Source: Octopus bimaculoides
Lineage: Eukaryota
DNA: 63,930 nt
Assembly: GCF_001194135.2 (NCBI RefSeq)
Contig: NC_068988.1
Span: 17,513,359 to 17,577,288, forward strand
Direction: 5' to 3'
The translations under genes and the position numbers were made by a program. Below, piece by piece: positions 27,160 through 39,432 of this stretch. Numbering within the stretch: position 1 is the stretch's first letter; every line of letters begins with the position of its first letter. A model generated the notes under the pieces. The model searched no databases. It saw only the letters and a list, made by a program, of their open reading frames with translations, and was not told the DNA's origin.

Positions 27160-28620
27160 ATACAGTTCTATATTTAAGACATGAGGAATTATGTGCATTA
27201 TTTACATTTGACAGATATTTGTCCTCATCTTGTTTATTGTTAACACAACGTTTCGGCTGGGTTCTCATTTCTCAGGTATTTTTCGATGTTATTATTATCT
27301 TTATTTATTATTATCTTTATTTATTAAAGTCACTGCCTGGAACCGAACTCGGAATCTTGGGGTTAGTAGCCCGCGCTCTTAACCACTACCCCATATACCC
27401 GTTGGCAATTATGGAGTGAATTTTAGGGCTTATAAATTTAATATTCTCCTATCCTTCCTTAATACCGGTTCCCATATGCTATTCATATCTGCACTCGATC
27501 TGCTTAGGAGGTTGTTGTGTCCTAGCATATGTGCTGCTTCTTTTAGTTTTTGTATTTTCCAGTGGTGTTCTTTGTCTGTTATTTTAACTTCATCCCACAG
27601 GAGGGAGGTGGTCTCTATTTTTCCATACATGATCAGCTATACCCGATTTATCAATATATCTTCGTGTCACAGCTTTGTGATGCTAGCTACCCTTTGCTAC
27701 CCTTATTTTNNNNNNNNNNNNNNNNNNNNNNNNNNNNNNNNNNNNNNNNNNNNNNNNNNNNNNNNNNNNNNNNNNNNNNNNNNNNNNNNNNNNNNNNNNN
27801 NNNNNNNNNNNNNNNNNNNNNNNNNNNNNNNNNNNNNNNNNNNNNNNNNNNNNNNNNNNNNNGTGCATGTTTTGCCTTTGTATAACCTACCACAGCTGCA
27901 TGGGATAGAGTACACGCAGTTTTTGGTCATATTCTCTTCTATTGATGGTTTTACCCGAAGGAGATATTTGCGAAGTGTCGTATTACTCGTGAATACTGTT
28001 CTGATGTCATATGGGCCGCATATCTTTTGTATCTTTTCGGAGATGCCTTTTCACATAGGGTAGACAGACTTATATACCCTTTATTGGTTTCATCCTCTCT
28101 TTTCTTCATAACTGGAATAGATAGTATGTTTTGGGGGTAGTTGTTGCTAAATAGATTGTTACTAAGCTTGATCATTTCTTCGTGGTAGGTATCACGATCG
28201 CTACTTATATTCTTTGCTCGTTGTTTTAGGCACTGAGCAATCCCTCAATTTACACTGTATGCATGGTGGGAAGTTAAGGTATCGTCCAGTGAAGGTCGGC
28301 TTGTGGTATACGGATGTCCTGAATCCATACTTGATGTGTATTATTAATACGTCTAGTAATGCTAGCTGATTGTCGTGTTTCGTTTTCCCTTGCTGATCTA
28401 GCAGCACTTGGACATCTTCCTGGCGGGACCAGAGTATAAAGGTGTCATCAACATATCGCAGCCATCGGGTTGGTCTTAGTGGTATTGATCCTAAAGCCAA
28501 ATTCTCAATCTTGATGGAAATGTTGATCTTCTGTGAAGAAGCTACCTACTTCAGTATGGTCACTGACATATATCGACTAGAAGAGGGTTGAGCTATGGGT
28601 TCGCCGTTATCACAATAGAT
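27160..28620 (-). mobile_element. Penelope-like element, 5'-truncated: RT palm/thumb plus GIY-YIG endonuclease, decayed
   Basis: WLRYVDDTFILW (YVDD at 28444-28455), LDVLI..FRTSVYHKPTFTGRYLNF, KNCVYSIPCSCG.LYKG.T (GIY-YIG), C-terminal KLKEAAHMLG..SIWEPVL. The motif-B segment is inverted at 28511-28613. The 3' extension below 27430 is inferred. Confidence 0.9.
27331..27400 (-). other. tRNA-like Pol III cassette (A/B boxes) directly downstream of the Penelope ORF
   Basis: GGGTATATGGGGTAGTGGTTAAGAGCGCGGGCTACTAACCCCAAGATTCCGAGTTCGGTTCCAGGCAGTG; no intact acceptor stem or T-terminator, so not a bona fide tRNA gene. Confidence 0.7.
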
Positions 28621-28920
28621 TCTTTCCTCCGGCTGTTCGATTCGTGATAAGGTAATCTGATAATATGACTGGAACACGAAACGGAATGTATCTATAACTG
28701 TTTACAGCAGGATCTACTACCATATACTGACATTTCATAAATTTCAGATATACAGATAGTATATAAAGTGCTGAGCCTTACCGTCACCGTATTGATGCAT
28801 TGAGAATGATGCTCAACGCCGAAACACTTTTGCCGAACCATTAGGTTACGTGGACGTAAATAAATCAACATCGGTCTTTTAAGTGATGTTGGTGAGGAAC
28901 AAAGACTGGCACAACCACAA

Positions 28921-29078
28921 ATACGATGGGCTTCTTCCTGTTTCCCTCTACCAAAACCACTCACAAGTCTTTGATCGGCCCGAGGCTATAGTAGAAAACA
29001 CTTACCCAAGGTGCCATACAGTGACTGAACCCGAAATCATGTGGTTCGGAAGCAAGCTTCTTACTACACAGCCTCGCC
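28921..29078 (-). mobile_element. SINE family A, 5' half
   Basis: Reverse complement of the A head and core. Confidence 0.85.
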
Positions 29079-29912
29079 AGCACGATGTTCTGGGTGCGTA
29101 AATATGATAAATACCATTTCCATTATAAATAATAACTGCAGCTCGTGAAAGTCTTTCTTCACTTCCTCAATAAATGTTGTCAATCTGGAATGTATTTTAA
29201 ATTTTTAACCACCATATATATATTCTCTTAGATATTTCTGTTGCTAAGGCAAACCTGCAGTGGTCTCTTCGTATTTAGAATTTAGCAACTAATTCGAAAT
29301 TATTTGGATAACTAATTTTGCTTGTTTCCATGCTTATAACACTGCTCAAGAACACTTTACTGCAATCAACTTTTTCTGCCACAATTATTTTTATATTTGT
29401 ATTCACTACATTAAGTTATCCTAACTTACGCATACCACCCTCCCATCGTGTTTTCAAGGCTAATGAATCTCATCAAATTCTCCATACCTTAGCTGATTGC
29501 AGTAATGATTCCATAGCTTCTCATGCGTATGTATTTGCAGCATATTAGTCAAGCAAATTCGAAATATAACCGCTTTAATCTGAAATAGGCTCCATCCTCC
29601 GTAATTGTGAGCGACTCTACTTGGGTGAGACATTCTCTCACAATAGACGCAGGTGAAGATTTTAATCGAGATATCGTTTTGGTGTGATCCTTATAATCTA
29701 GGTTACGTATCAATAACTAATCAATCGACGCCCGTTTCTTTAAAAGGATTACAAGGATTACAGAAAAATATTACCACTAATTATCATACAGAAGAAAACA
29801 ATTTAGGAAAAGAAAAAAAATATGAAACATATTTCCGTTGAAAGTATTTTCATAGATTGTTTTTAAACGTGTGCTAAAGAATTACTTTTCTATCTGAAAT
29901 ACGTCAATAGCA

Positions 29913-29926
29913 GTTACTATGGCAAC
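29913..29926. promoter_or_regulatory. RFX X-box-like motif GTTACTATGGCAAC
   Basis: Close match to GTTNCYATGGYAAC; motif only. Confidence 0.3.
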
Positions 29927-30469
29927 ACACGTCCTACACTTCACACGCGCTGAACATGCAGTAACTATATTAAGCTAAACACACACCTCTGCCATTTTAA
30001 CGTGCTACGCCTAGAGGAACAACAATGTGATCGCATGTTGATATTTGTGAATTCTTATGTGTATGCATATGCGTGTTTGCCATATTTATGCAGGAGCAAT
30101 TAAATAATGCCTCGCAAAGGCACATGTACAGACACACACAAGCATATACAAATATACACACACACACATTTATTCATGGTGTGTATATTCTGATATATAT
30201 ATATATATATATATAGGCACACACACACGCACACACACACACACAGATATTTCAACAGACACAGAAGCGTTTATAACCAAATTCTCAATTGAACACTTAG
30301 ACATATTCAAGCGCGTATATATTCCAATAGATACGGACACACATACATCAAATCCTTCGAACGAACAGGGAACTGGTATATATTGCATCCAATGAGAAGT
30401 GAAGCGGCACAAAACAAATACAATGCGATAATAGGAGAATACTTTGGTTTTTATACTTCTGTCAGTCGA

Positions 30470-30660
30470 CGGACGACAGTCATTTGTAGGTCATTGCCTG
30501 AATGCTTCCGTCAAACAAATCAGTAGCAGTACTTACTTTTGAAAGACTGGTACTTATTGTCTGACGCCATATTCCTGAATCGCTAACGAACGAAGACTTA
30601 AGCTAATATTGAAAAGCTGTTATGTGTAGAAAGACGAAGACACATGCACGCCCGCACACA
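30470..30660 (-). mobile_element. Decayed SINE family A, 3' half
   Basis: CTTACTTTTGAAAGACTGGTACTTATT..GAATCGCTAA resembles the reverse complement of the A 3' region. Confidence 0.45.
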
Positions 30661-31161
30661 CAGGCACATGTGATTGAGAAGCAAGCTTATAACCACACAG
30701 CCACACCTACGCATATATGTGTGTTCCTATGTGTGCGTGTGCGTATGTTTATGTGTATGATTGGTTTCTTTCAGTCGTGCCATTACCTATTTCTATGACT
30801 GAGTCAATCGTAGATGTTTACATATGTATGTGTGTTCACACTATGTTAACGTTAATTCCATCGGCACATAGATTTTTTTTTTTCAATGAGATGGGAGAAT
30901 GTTATAGAGTAGAACAGGTGGGGAAAATATGCAGAAGAAATTCAAGGAAGTAAACGTCTTGTATATTTGAATTCGTGCTTTCAACCATGCAGTTTCATTC
31001 ATTGCTGTGCTAATTTCGTTTACTTTACCCCGAAGAAGACATCCATACTTATTTTTTTAGTATTATTCGTCGATTTATACTTCTGTAATGTTCTAATAAT
31101 TGCATTTCTTATTGCAAGGAAACCAAGAACAAAAATAGCATCACCATCAGTAATAACACCA

Positions 31162-31207
<46 letters not shown>

Positions 31208-31339
31208 ATAATAATAATAATAATAACAATAATAATCATGGCCATCATCTTCATCATCATCAGCAGCAGCAACAGCAGCAGTAGTAGTAGTACTCACAGT
31301 GGCAGTGGTAGTAGCAGTAGCAATAGTAGTAGCTTCTTT

Positions 31340-31510
31340 AAAATAGGCACTGAGCTAGAAATTACTTTTGAGGGAATGTAACACTGATTGTATCGATCTC
31401 AGTACAGAAGGATGTTTATTTTTGTTGATATAAACTCATGATATAAAGAGCCGGAGGAAATATCGCTAATCTTGCAATGATTTTGTTCGACGCAGTTGCC
31501 ATTTTGTCCA
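31340..31510 (-). mobile_element. Highly decayed SINE family B
   Basis: AGGCAC..AAATTACT..GATTGTATCGATCTCAGTAC resembles the reverse complement of the B tail and core. Confidence 0.45.
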
Positions 31511-31561
31511 TTCAAAATTGTATTGAAAATAGTCATTATTATTACTACTATTATCATTATT

Positions 31562-31757
31562 AGGCGGCGAGCTGGCAGAATGGTTAGCGGTATTTCGTCT
31601 GTCGCTACGTTCTGAGTTTATATTTCCGCCGGGGTTGACTTTGTCTTTCATCCTTTCGGGGTGGATAAATTAAGTACCAGTGAAACACTGATCAATATAA
31701 TCGACTGCGCCCCCTCCACGAATTTCAAGCCTTGTGCCTTTAGTAGAAAGGATTATT
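31562..31757 (+). mobile_element. SINE family B with a short internal head deletion
   Basis: AGGCGGCGAGCTGGCAGAA..TTTCATCCTTTCGGGGTGGATAAATTAAGTACCAG..TAGTAGAAAGGATTATT. Confidence 0.9.
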
Positions 31758-31767
31758 ATTATTATCA

Positions 31768-31858
31768 TAATTGAGTGAAGGAGCAGCGCATGTCATGAAA
31801 TTGGCGCTGGAGTAAAATAAAGGAAGCTCAGTATACCCATCATGACTACTCGTCTGAT
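31768..31858 (-). mobile_element. 3'-tail family E fragment
   Basis: Reverse complement of 16455-16546. Confidence 0.7.
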
Positions 31859-31867
31859 TATTATTAC

Positions 31868-31916
<49 letters not shown>

Positions 31917-32019
31917 GTTTGATACTGTCCCGAAAGTTCCAATCGACGGGCTATCTTGTATTTAAGAAGATTGTGTAAGCGTATTTTTTTCGCCTTCCCT
32001 ACTTAACTAATTGTGTGTC

Positions 32020-32460
32020 AAAGGGTTAGGCAACATCAGTTATAGAGCACGTGTAGCTTACTTTGTCTATCATTACTAGGTCAGGCTTGTTCTCAAGTAC
32101 CTGGTCCCTTTCGACTGGGAAATACCACAGGAATTTGCAAGTCTCCGACTTAACCATTTCCTCTGATATGTGTTTATACCAAATCTTGCCTCTCATCAAC
32201 TCCATTTCACACAGCTGTGAAGTGCAGCACTTTTGGCACTTCATCATGTTGCTTCAATTTATATTGGTTTGGGGCAAGTCGCATTCATTCGGTTAGAATA
32301 TGGGTAAGGGTTTCTTCAAATCCATTGCATTAGCTCATTCAAGTAATGTCTACTCTGTAGATAAAAACTTGTATCGAAAGCTCACTATTTAGTTTCTTTC
32401 CATTTGGCAATGCAGGTTTGTCATCTGTGTTGTAAAATACGGAATCTGAACTTGGGGGCA
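32020..32460 (-). mobile_element. R4/Dong-like RLE non-LTR retrotransposon remnant (zinc knuckle to PD..D nuclease)
   Basis: KQHDEV..(LC)..WYKH...VKSETCKFLWYFPVERDQVLENKPDLVMIDK..C.ITDVA resembles W.F....D.....RPD....D.....IIDVA of RLE domains. Confidence 0.8.
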
Positions 32461-35275
32461 ACAAAAACAGTTATTCTGCACTTTACTAAATCGATAGTCG
32501 GCGTTTGAATTTAATTAAAGGTCATATATTGCCTTTCTTTAAGGTGTAGAGTAGTATAATTGGTCAGTATATCACTTGCTTCATTTGTTTCAGTTGCGGT
32601 ATGTCTGTTACGGAGGAATATATCCCAATAAATGCTTTCAATTGCAGTGTCAGATTTTCATCCAAGAGGAAATAGCTATCTTTATGGTGGTGAAGAATTT
32701 GTTGTTATTGTATGTCGATGAGAAATACTTCACTGGAAACAGACATTTCCTGGATACGTTAGTCACAAAATTCATGTTGAATGGGTAATCAAAGAAGCTA
32801 CATTGTATTCCCTGGTTCGTCAATGGTTTGGAGGAGGGTGATTTGGAATCTTGCATGCGAAATAATTATGAAACTCTCTGAGTCATCTTGTTTGAGGAAA
32901 AGTCAGTGACTCCCATAATCATTTCGCATACTAGATTCATAATTATGACCAAGCATATTGAGACTTTGGAAAAGTATCCAGTGTTCAAATTAGAATTTTA
33001 GAAGAGAAGGAGTGGTGTTTGTTATGAATATGTAGATTAACATAATATGATGTTGATAGTTATAAGTATTTGGATTTCTATAAATACTCATGATAAACAG
33101 AAATTCTTTGTCCTATACGGTACAAAATTGAAGTGTAACCACGAAAATATATAGCTACTTTTATACAACTCTGTAGTTGATACAGCTCACGAGATATTTA
33201 TATAGCGCTTTGAAAGTATTTCTATATGTAAATGAAGATGCATATGTCTAAAATATGTGAATATTCTCTGATTACTGCTCCGTTAAATACATGAATGTGT
33301 TTTGAAAACATAAACCCCGATAAAATATTAAAACAAAATAAAATATAGATAAATCGGAAGTATCTGTTGAATAATCTAAATTTGTGTCCATTGCTCTAAT
33401 GGTTAGAACATCGGTTATTCCGTTCTACAAAAGAATTAATAGGATATAGACAGATATGTCGCGCTAAAAATATAACGAACATAGTGGCAAATAATAAATG
33501 TAGAATTTATTTCCAGAGAAAATGTTTGAAAAATATTTTCGCATGTGCACTTAATTCAATATAGAGGAAAAGATGAATGAATGCAAACGTTAAACCAAGA
33601 TACATATGGTGGCTACTTGTAATTATTTTTTTAATATTTAATTATACTTTTATGTCAGACAATTCATTGAATGTAAGTGGCTACTCAATTATAAATGGTT
33701 TCTCCGCTTCATAGTTTTCCTCTCAAGTTAATATATTTTAAAACGTATTTGAGCATATGATTTAAAATTTGATTTTTCCATAGGAATACCATGTTATCTG
33801 ATAGTAAATATATGAAAAGCATGTCAGTAACAAAGACTTTATGTCCCCAAATTTTCTGGACATTAATATTCAGAGCAGCCTATCTTCATAGTTTTGACTG
33901 AATATGTTATTGTCGTAATGGATTATACAAATATCTGAATTTTTAAAGTGCGAATTGATACATGAAATGCATAAAAAGCAATTTACACACAGAATCATGG
34001 AATAAATATTATAAAAATTGTAAACAATAAAGCCCATGGATTTAGTATTTTAATCCAATAATCCTTCTAATGTAAAATTACTAAGAAACTACTTGTAAAG
34101 GGAATTAAGACGAAATGGAACCTCCATTCATGTCTGCAATACAGTTTCTATAAAACTCCGCCTACTTTTAATCCAACATAAAATTGACATAGCAGCAAAA
34201 ATTAATCCACTGAGTAGCTAAAATCATGAATTTTCCCAATGGAAGAAATCTAATTTACTTAACCTTAAATAATCGTGTACCAAAATTTTCAATTAAAATT
34301 TACCAATCGCAATTCTGCTCAATTGAACACGTGTCTAATTAATACACAATCTTTAAAGCGTACAACATAGACTGATTGTCAAATATTGATGGATGTTTCG
34401 TTTCCTAAAACTGTTCAAGGAAATCTGCTCGAAATAGAAGTACATTTTGAGATCACATCAGGAGCAATATTATCTCTGTTAGTAATTTCCTTTGTTTAGA
34501 GTAATAGAAGCGATTTATAGTACTTGTATATTCGGTCAAATCTGTAGTAGGTCTCACGAAAGAAGACTGGATAGAAGAAAACCGGATATGTCGCAAAGTA
34601 TTGAAATTACATAAAGAATTAACAAAAAACAACAACAACAAAGCAAAGCCTATCTATTCCACGTTATTGGTAAAAATTAACGCCCGTAGATAGTATCGGC
34701 AGGAGTTATGCTTGAATATTTTCTAATTTCTGCATAGAGTTGTCACGGAAACATACGACAGAAATTAACACACTGTAATTGTCATTTTCACATTTGAAGT
34801 ACTGTAGCACATATAGCAGGTTCAGGTATCGATTGGAATATGAATTACTAATTCAAAAGTGTGAGGAAAGAAAAGGTAATAACTACTCATTTTTGGTGTT
34901 CACAAAAGCGTTTATGATTAAGAATCAGTAGTATAAATCAAAGCAAGTAAAATAAAAATCAAAGATGTATAAAAATGAAACTATATGTATTGGTGAACAT
35001 TATATGCAGCATCATTGATAGATCGTTCAATCATATCATATTTCTACTTTCAACGTTGAGGCTAAGGAGTTTCGATGCGAAGCAACATAATTATTTTATC
35101 TAGGTTTCATCACGGCATAGATTGAGGTTTACAGAATGTTCTATTTTACAGAGACAGTACTATATACAGGCATATAAAGTTACAGACAATAATTGTGTGT
35201 TTGATACAGACTTGTATGTCTATGTTTTACATTAATGTGAATCCATGTCTCTCTATGTATATGTATGAGTGTGTG

Positions 35276-35311
<36 letters not shown>

Positions 35312-35321
35312 NNNNNNNNNN

Positions 35322-35361
<40 letters not shown>

Positions 35362-35604
35362 TCATGTGTGTATGTGTGTGCAGCTGGATATCTTTGTATA
35401 TGCACTTATGTATAATGATATAAATATATGTGTACATGTATGCATAAATAATTATATATGTATGTATAATACATATGTATATGTATTTATATGTTTCTGA
35501 ATATACGTATAGTTAAATATGCATACACGCGCACACATACACAAACGCAAGCACGCGCACGCGCACGTATATATTTATTTATACACACACAAACACACAC
35601 ACAC

Positions 35605-35662
<58 letters not shown>

Positions 35663-36217
35663 ATAAATACATAATGTTAGGCATTAATATTGTTGTGTTT
35701 AGGGAGGGTCATAATGCCAATGATATTTAGAAAAAACACTCACTAGTTCAATACCACTTCTTTTGTTTACGAACTAACTATTCAATTATGTGTTTAATGT
35801 GTTCATTGAACAATCAGTCGGTTGTTGGTTTTCTCTGTCAAAGTCCTTTCTCGTTGGTATTCGACACTTCATGAATGTCACCTCCTCGCCCTTCACGGTC
35901 TCTTTGAATTTGTATGTATGTACGTATGAATGAGTGTTTACTTGTCTGTGCCTTCTACTTTCTGTGGTATAGCTGTCTTTGTGTTGAATAGGTAAACGTC
36001 TATATACGTTTGTGTGTGTACGTTCTTCTGTGTGCATGTTTCCGCGCAAATGTGTTCTTGTGTGTTTCAGTGTCTATGTGTATTTTTTATGCCTGTGTGT
36101 GTTTTAGCGTGTGCATTTCGTGTACGTAGATGTGTATGTTTGTGTACTAGAATTGTTCATAATTACACGTATTAATCTTTAAGCATACCTGTGTGTCCTA
36201 CTATCATTCAAATACTG

Positions 36218-36257
<40 letters not shown>

Positions 36258-36834
36258 TTATATATATACCCACTTAGGCATGACCACCCGCCCACCAACA
36301 TGGACGTACACGCACCCACATTATGTATGTGTTGCGTGGGCAGTGACAGTGGTGCTGTGATTCTATTATTTCCTATGTATATATTCTATTTAGAGTTGGC
36401 TTCGTCTCATTTGTGAAAAACAAATTACCTATCTGAAGTCTCTCGGGTGTTTAGACAAGATTTCGATACAAATACGATTCAACACGCCACTATGTTGATC
36501 TTTGGCATGTTGGTAGAGTATCGAGGACTGTTTCCTGTCATTACACACTCACCATAGCTGACAACAATGGGGCATTTACCCATAGATATATGTATATATG
36601 TATATATATATGTGTATATTCGTACTGATATATGTGAATAGCCGTGTGTGTGTGTGTGCGTGTTTGTCTGAGCCCTTTGGTGTTTAGCTCCAGAACAACT
36701 CTGGCCTACAAGTCCACTGTCTCTATCAATCATCTAGAATTTTAACACCAAATGTTTCCTTCTGTTTCTGAAAAGACATGGTGTATTTATCGCTGAAATT
36801 TCACCTTGCTATATGTAAATATTTAGCTTGCAAG

Positions 36835-37017
36835 ATGCAGAAAGGACATCCATCCTCAAATGTTCCGTCCGAAAGAAAACCATCGTGTGATTCGAAAGCG
36901 GACGAGATGAGAGCTACGTCGAAAATGGCATCGATCGTGACAACGTCAGTCGTAAATTCGCTGCGGCAAACGAGGGAAACTATGTCGGCAGCATTGCACA
37001 ATTACATCCGTTTTAAT
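36835..37017 (+). CDS. Candidate unassigned coding (first) exon, speculative
   Basis: Open frame MQKGHPSS...AALHNYIRFN, about 17 CpG in 180 bp, possible donor AAT|GTAATT at 37018. No family recognised; an alternative minus-strand exon 36805-36960 is also possible. Confidence 0.25.
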
Positions 37018-38232
37018 GTAATTATGCGTGATTTTACTAATGTGATATAGAAAAACTACAACCTTTGTATGACACACGTGTGTTCAAATGTTAAAATGAA
37101 ATTGCAGTATTGAAGCTATAAAGATTAGAGGATACATTTGTCACAGGGAATTAACAGATCCGTGTTCTAACGTCTGTATAACGATAACAAGCTAGTACAC
37201 TCGTTTGAAAATTGTTTGCTACGGATGCCATGATCCATTAAGTACATACCGTTATATATTCATTGTCGTTAGTGCAGCGATAGTCAAATTAATTCCTTTG
37301 AAAATTGTTTGCCGCTAGTGTAACAATTTAACAGGTGGATTCTATTGTAAATCATTTGCAGTTTGATCACAGAAAGCAAAATTACTATGTTTCTTAGAAA
37401 AATGTTTGGCCGCTTAAGCAAGGTTTTTCATCAGACCAGAAAATTCTCTCATATTACCTCCTCGAGATCTATAAAAATCTAGCACGAATGAGCTGGGTTA
37501 GGTAATGGTCGAAGTCGAGCATAGGTAAATTAATGTTATAAAATGAACATTAGCCCTCTTCTATTTCACTGGTTTTCCACGTCGCTCTAATACAGAGCAC
37601 TCGTATATTGAATAGCGTAGCTCTACATGACATCACGTTATTACAGAGTAAATTGCTCAATGCTTACCCATCCATAATTGATATAATATTTATGTTGGTA
37701 TAGCAACTTTACGACAAATGAAGCTTCAATCCCTATTAGAAGTTATTCATCTTACATCATATCCCAATGCACAATTCTCGTGTTGGATATAATGCCTTAA
37801 GGACACAATCATTGTAGCATAGCAACTATAAAGCCCTGCAGATCGTTTGCAGTATTATCACGTATTTAATACTTGGCTGTTGTCTAGCTTTACATACGGT
37901 CACGTAATTCTAGTTTATGTTGCTCATAGATTACCAAGATGTCAAGCTATTTGCATGCTTGCATGCATTTTCGCTTTTATTCTCTGTTTATTTCGACAGA
38001 CATTTCTACCACGGGAACGAACATTATCTCTTCTTTCTCCAGTGCAATTATTTTTTCACATTATTTAGAACATTATGTATGATTAACGTGCATGTTACAT
38101 TTTCAACTAGCTTCCTTTAAAATGGTGTGTTTATATTCTTCCTATTTAAACCTATGGATATTATCAGTCTACCACATGGAACACCACTAAAATCAAGAAT
38201 TTCAGTTCATGAACACTCAGTTGAATCCACTT

Positions 38233-38656
38233 ATACTCTTTTACTCTTATACTTGTTTCAGTCCATTGACTACGGCCATGCTGGAGCACCACCTTTAGTC
38301 GAGCAAATAGACCCCAGGACTTATTCTTTGTAAGCCTGCCTAGTACTTATTCTATCGGTCTCTTTTGGCGAACCGCTAAGTTACAGGGAAATAAACACAC
38401 CAGCATCGATTGTCAACAGATGTTGGGTGGGGGGGACAAACACAGACACTTAAACATACACACATACACACACACACACACATATATATGTAAACATATA
38501 TACGACGGGCTTCTTTCAGTTTCCGTCTACCAAATCCACTCACAAGGCTTTGGTCGGCCCGAGGCTATAGTAGAAGACACTTGCCCAAGGTGCCACGCAG
38601 TGGGACTGAACCCGGAACCATTTCGTAAGCAAGCTACTTACCACACGGCCACTCCT
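38233..38656 (-). mobile_element. SINE family A, full length (~425 bp) with (AAGAGT)n tail
   Basis: Head AGGAGTGGCCGTGTGGTAAG at 38656 running through to TACTCTTTTACTCTT. Confidence 0.92.
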
Positions 38657-39381
38657 ACGCCTTATCTATAGAACACTTGTTTTTATTAGTATATTGGTTC
38701 GAAAACTGTTATTTTACTTCGAGCGTGCGACAACATAACCTTTGTTAAAACACGTACTTGTTTAATTGCTGTAGGATTATTATACGCAACTGGTGGTATA
38801 TGGAATATAAAAGAAAGTTCATAGCAACTAACTTAGGTGTCATTCACAATCGAATAAGACATAGTAACCATGTGGAGAATTTCTCGTAGCTTATTTTTGG
38901 TAGCCGTGTAGTCAGGGGCTGAAATAGTCACTCTTCCTTCTTGCGCATATTTTTCTCAACAGGATATGAATTAGGTATCTTGCTTTCTTTATTTAGATAC
39001 TAAGATAATGACAGAAGATGCTTACTCGGTTCCATTTGAACTCAGAATATAAAGAACCGAAACAAATACCACAAAGTATTTTGCCCGACGCTACAACGAA
39101 TCTGCCAATTCACTACATTAAGGATATATATATATATATATATATANNNNNNNNNNNNNNNNNNNNNNNNNNNNNNNNNNNNNNNNNNNNNNNNNNNNNN
39201 NNNNNNNNNNNNNNNNNNNNNNNNNNNNNNNNNNNNNNNNNNNNNNNNNNNNNNNNNNNNNNNNNNNNNNNNNNNNNNNNNNNNNNNNNNNNNNNNNNNN
39301 NNNNNNGAGACAGTATACGCATACACATACACAGCAGAAATACACATAAATACATATATATATATAATGTGCATATATAAA

Positions 39382-39432
<51 letters not shown>

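Noticed and set aside
27331-27400. Bona fide tRNA gene
   Set aside because: No paired acceptor stem or oligo-T terminator; embedded in a retroelement. Other tRNA-like heads in the window are SINEs.
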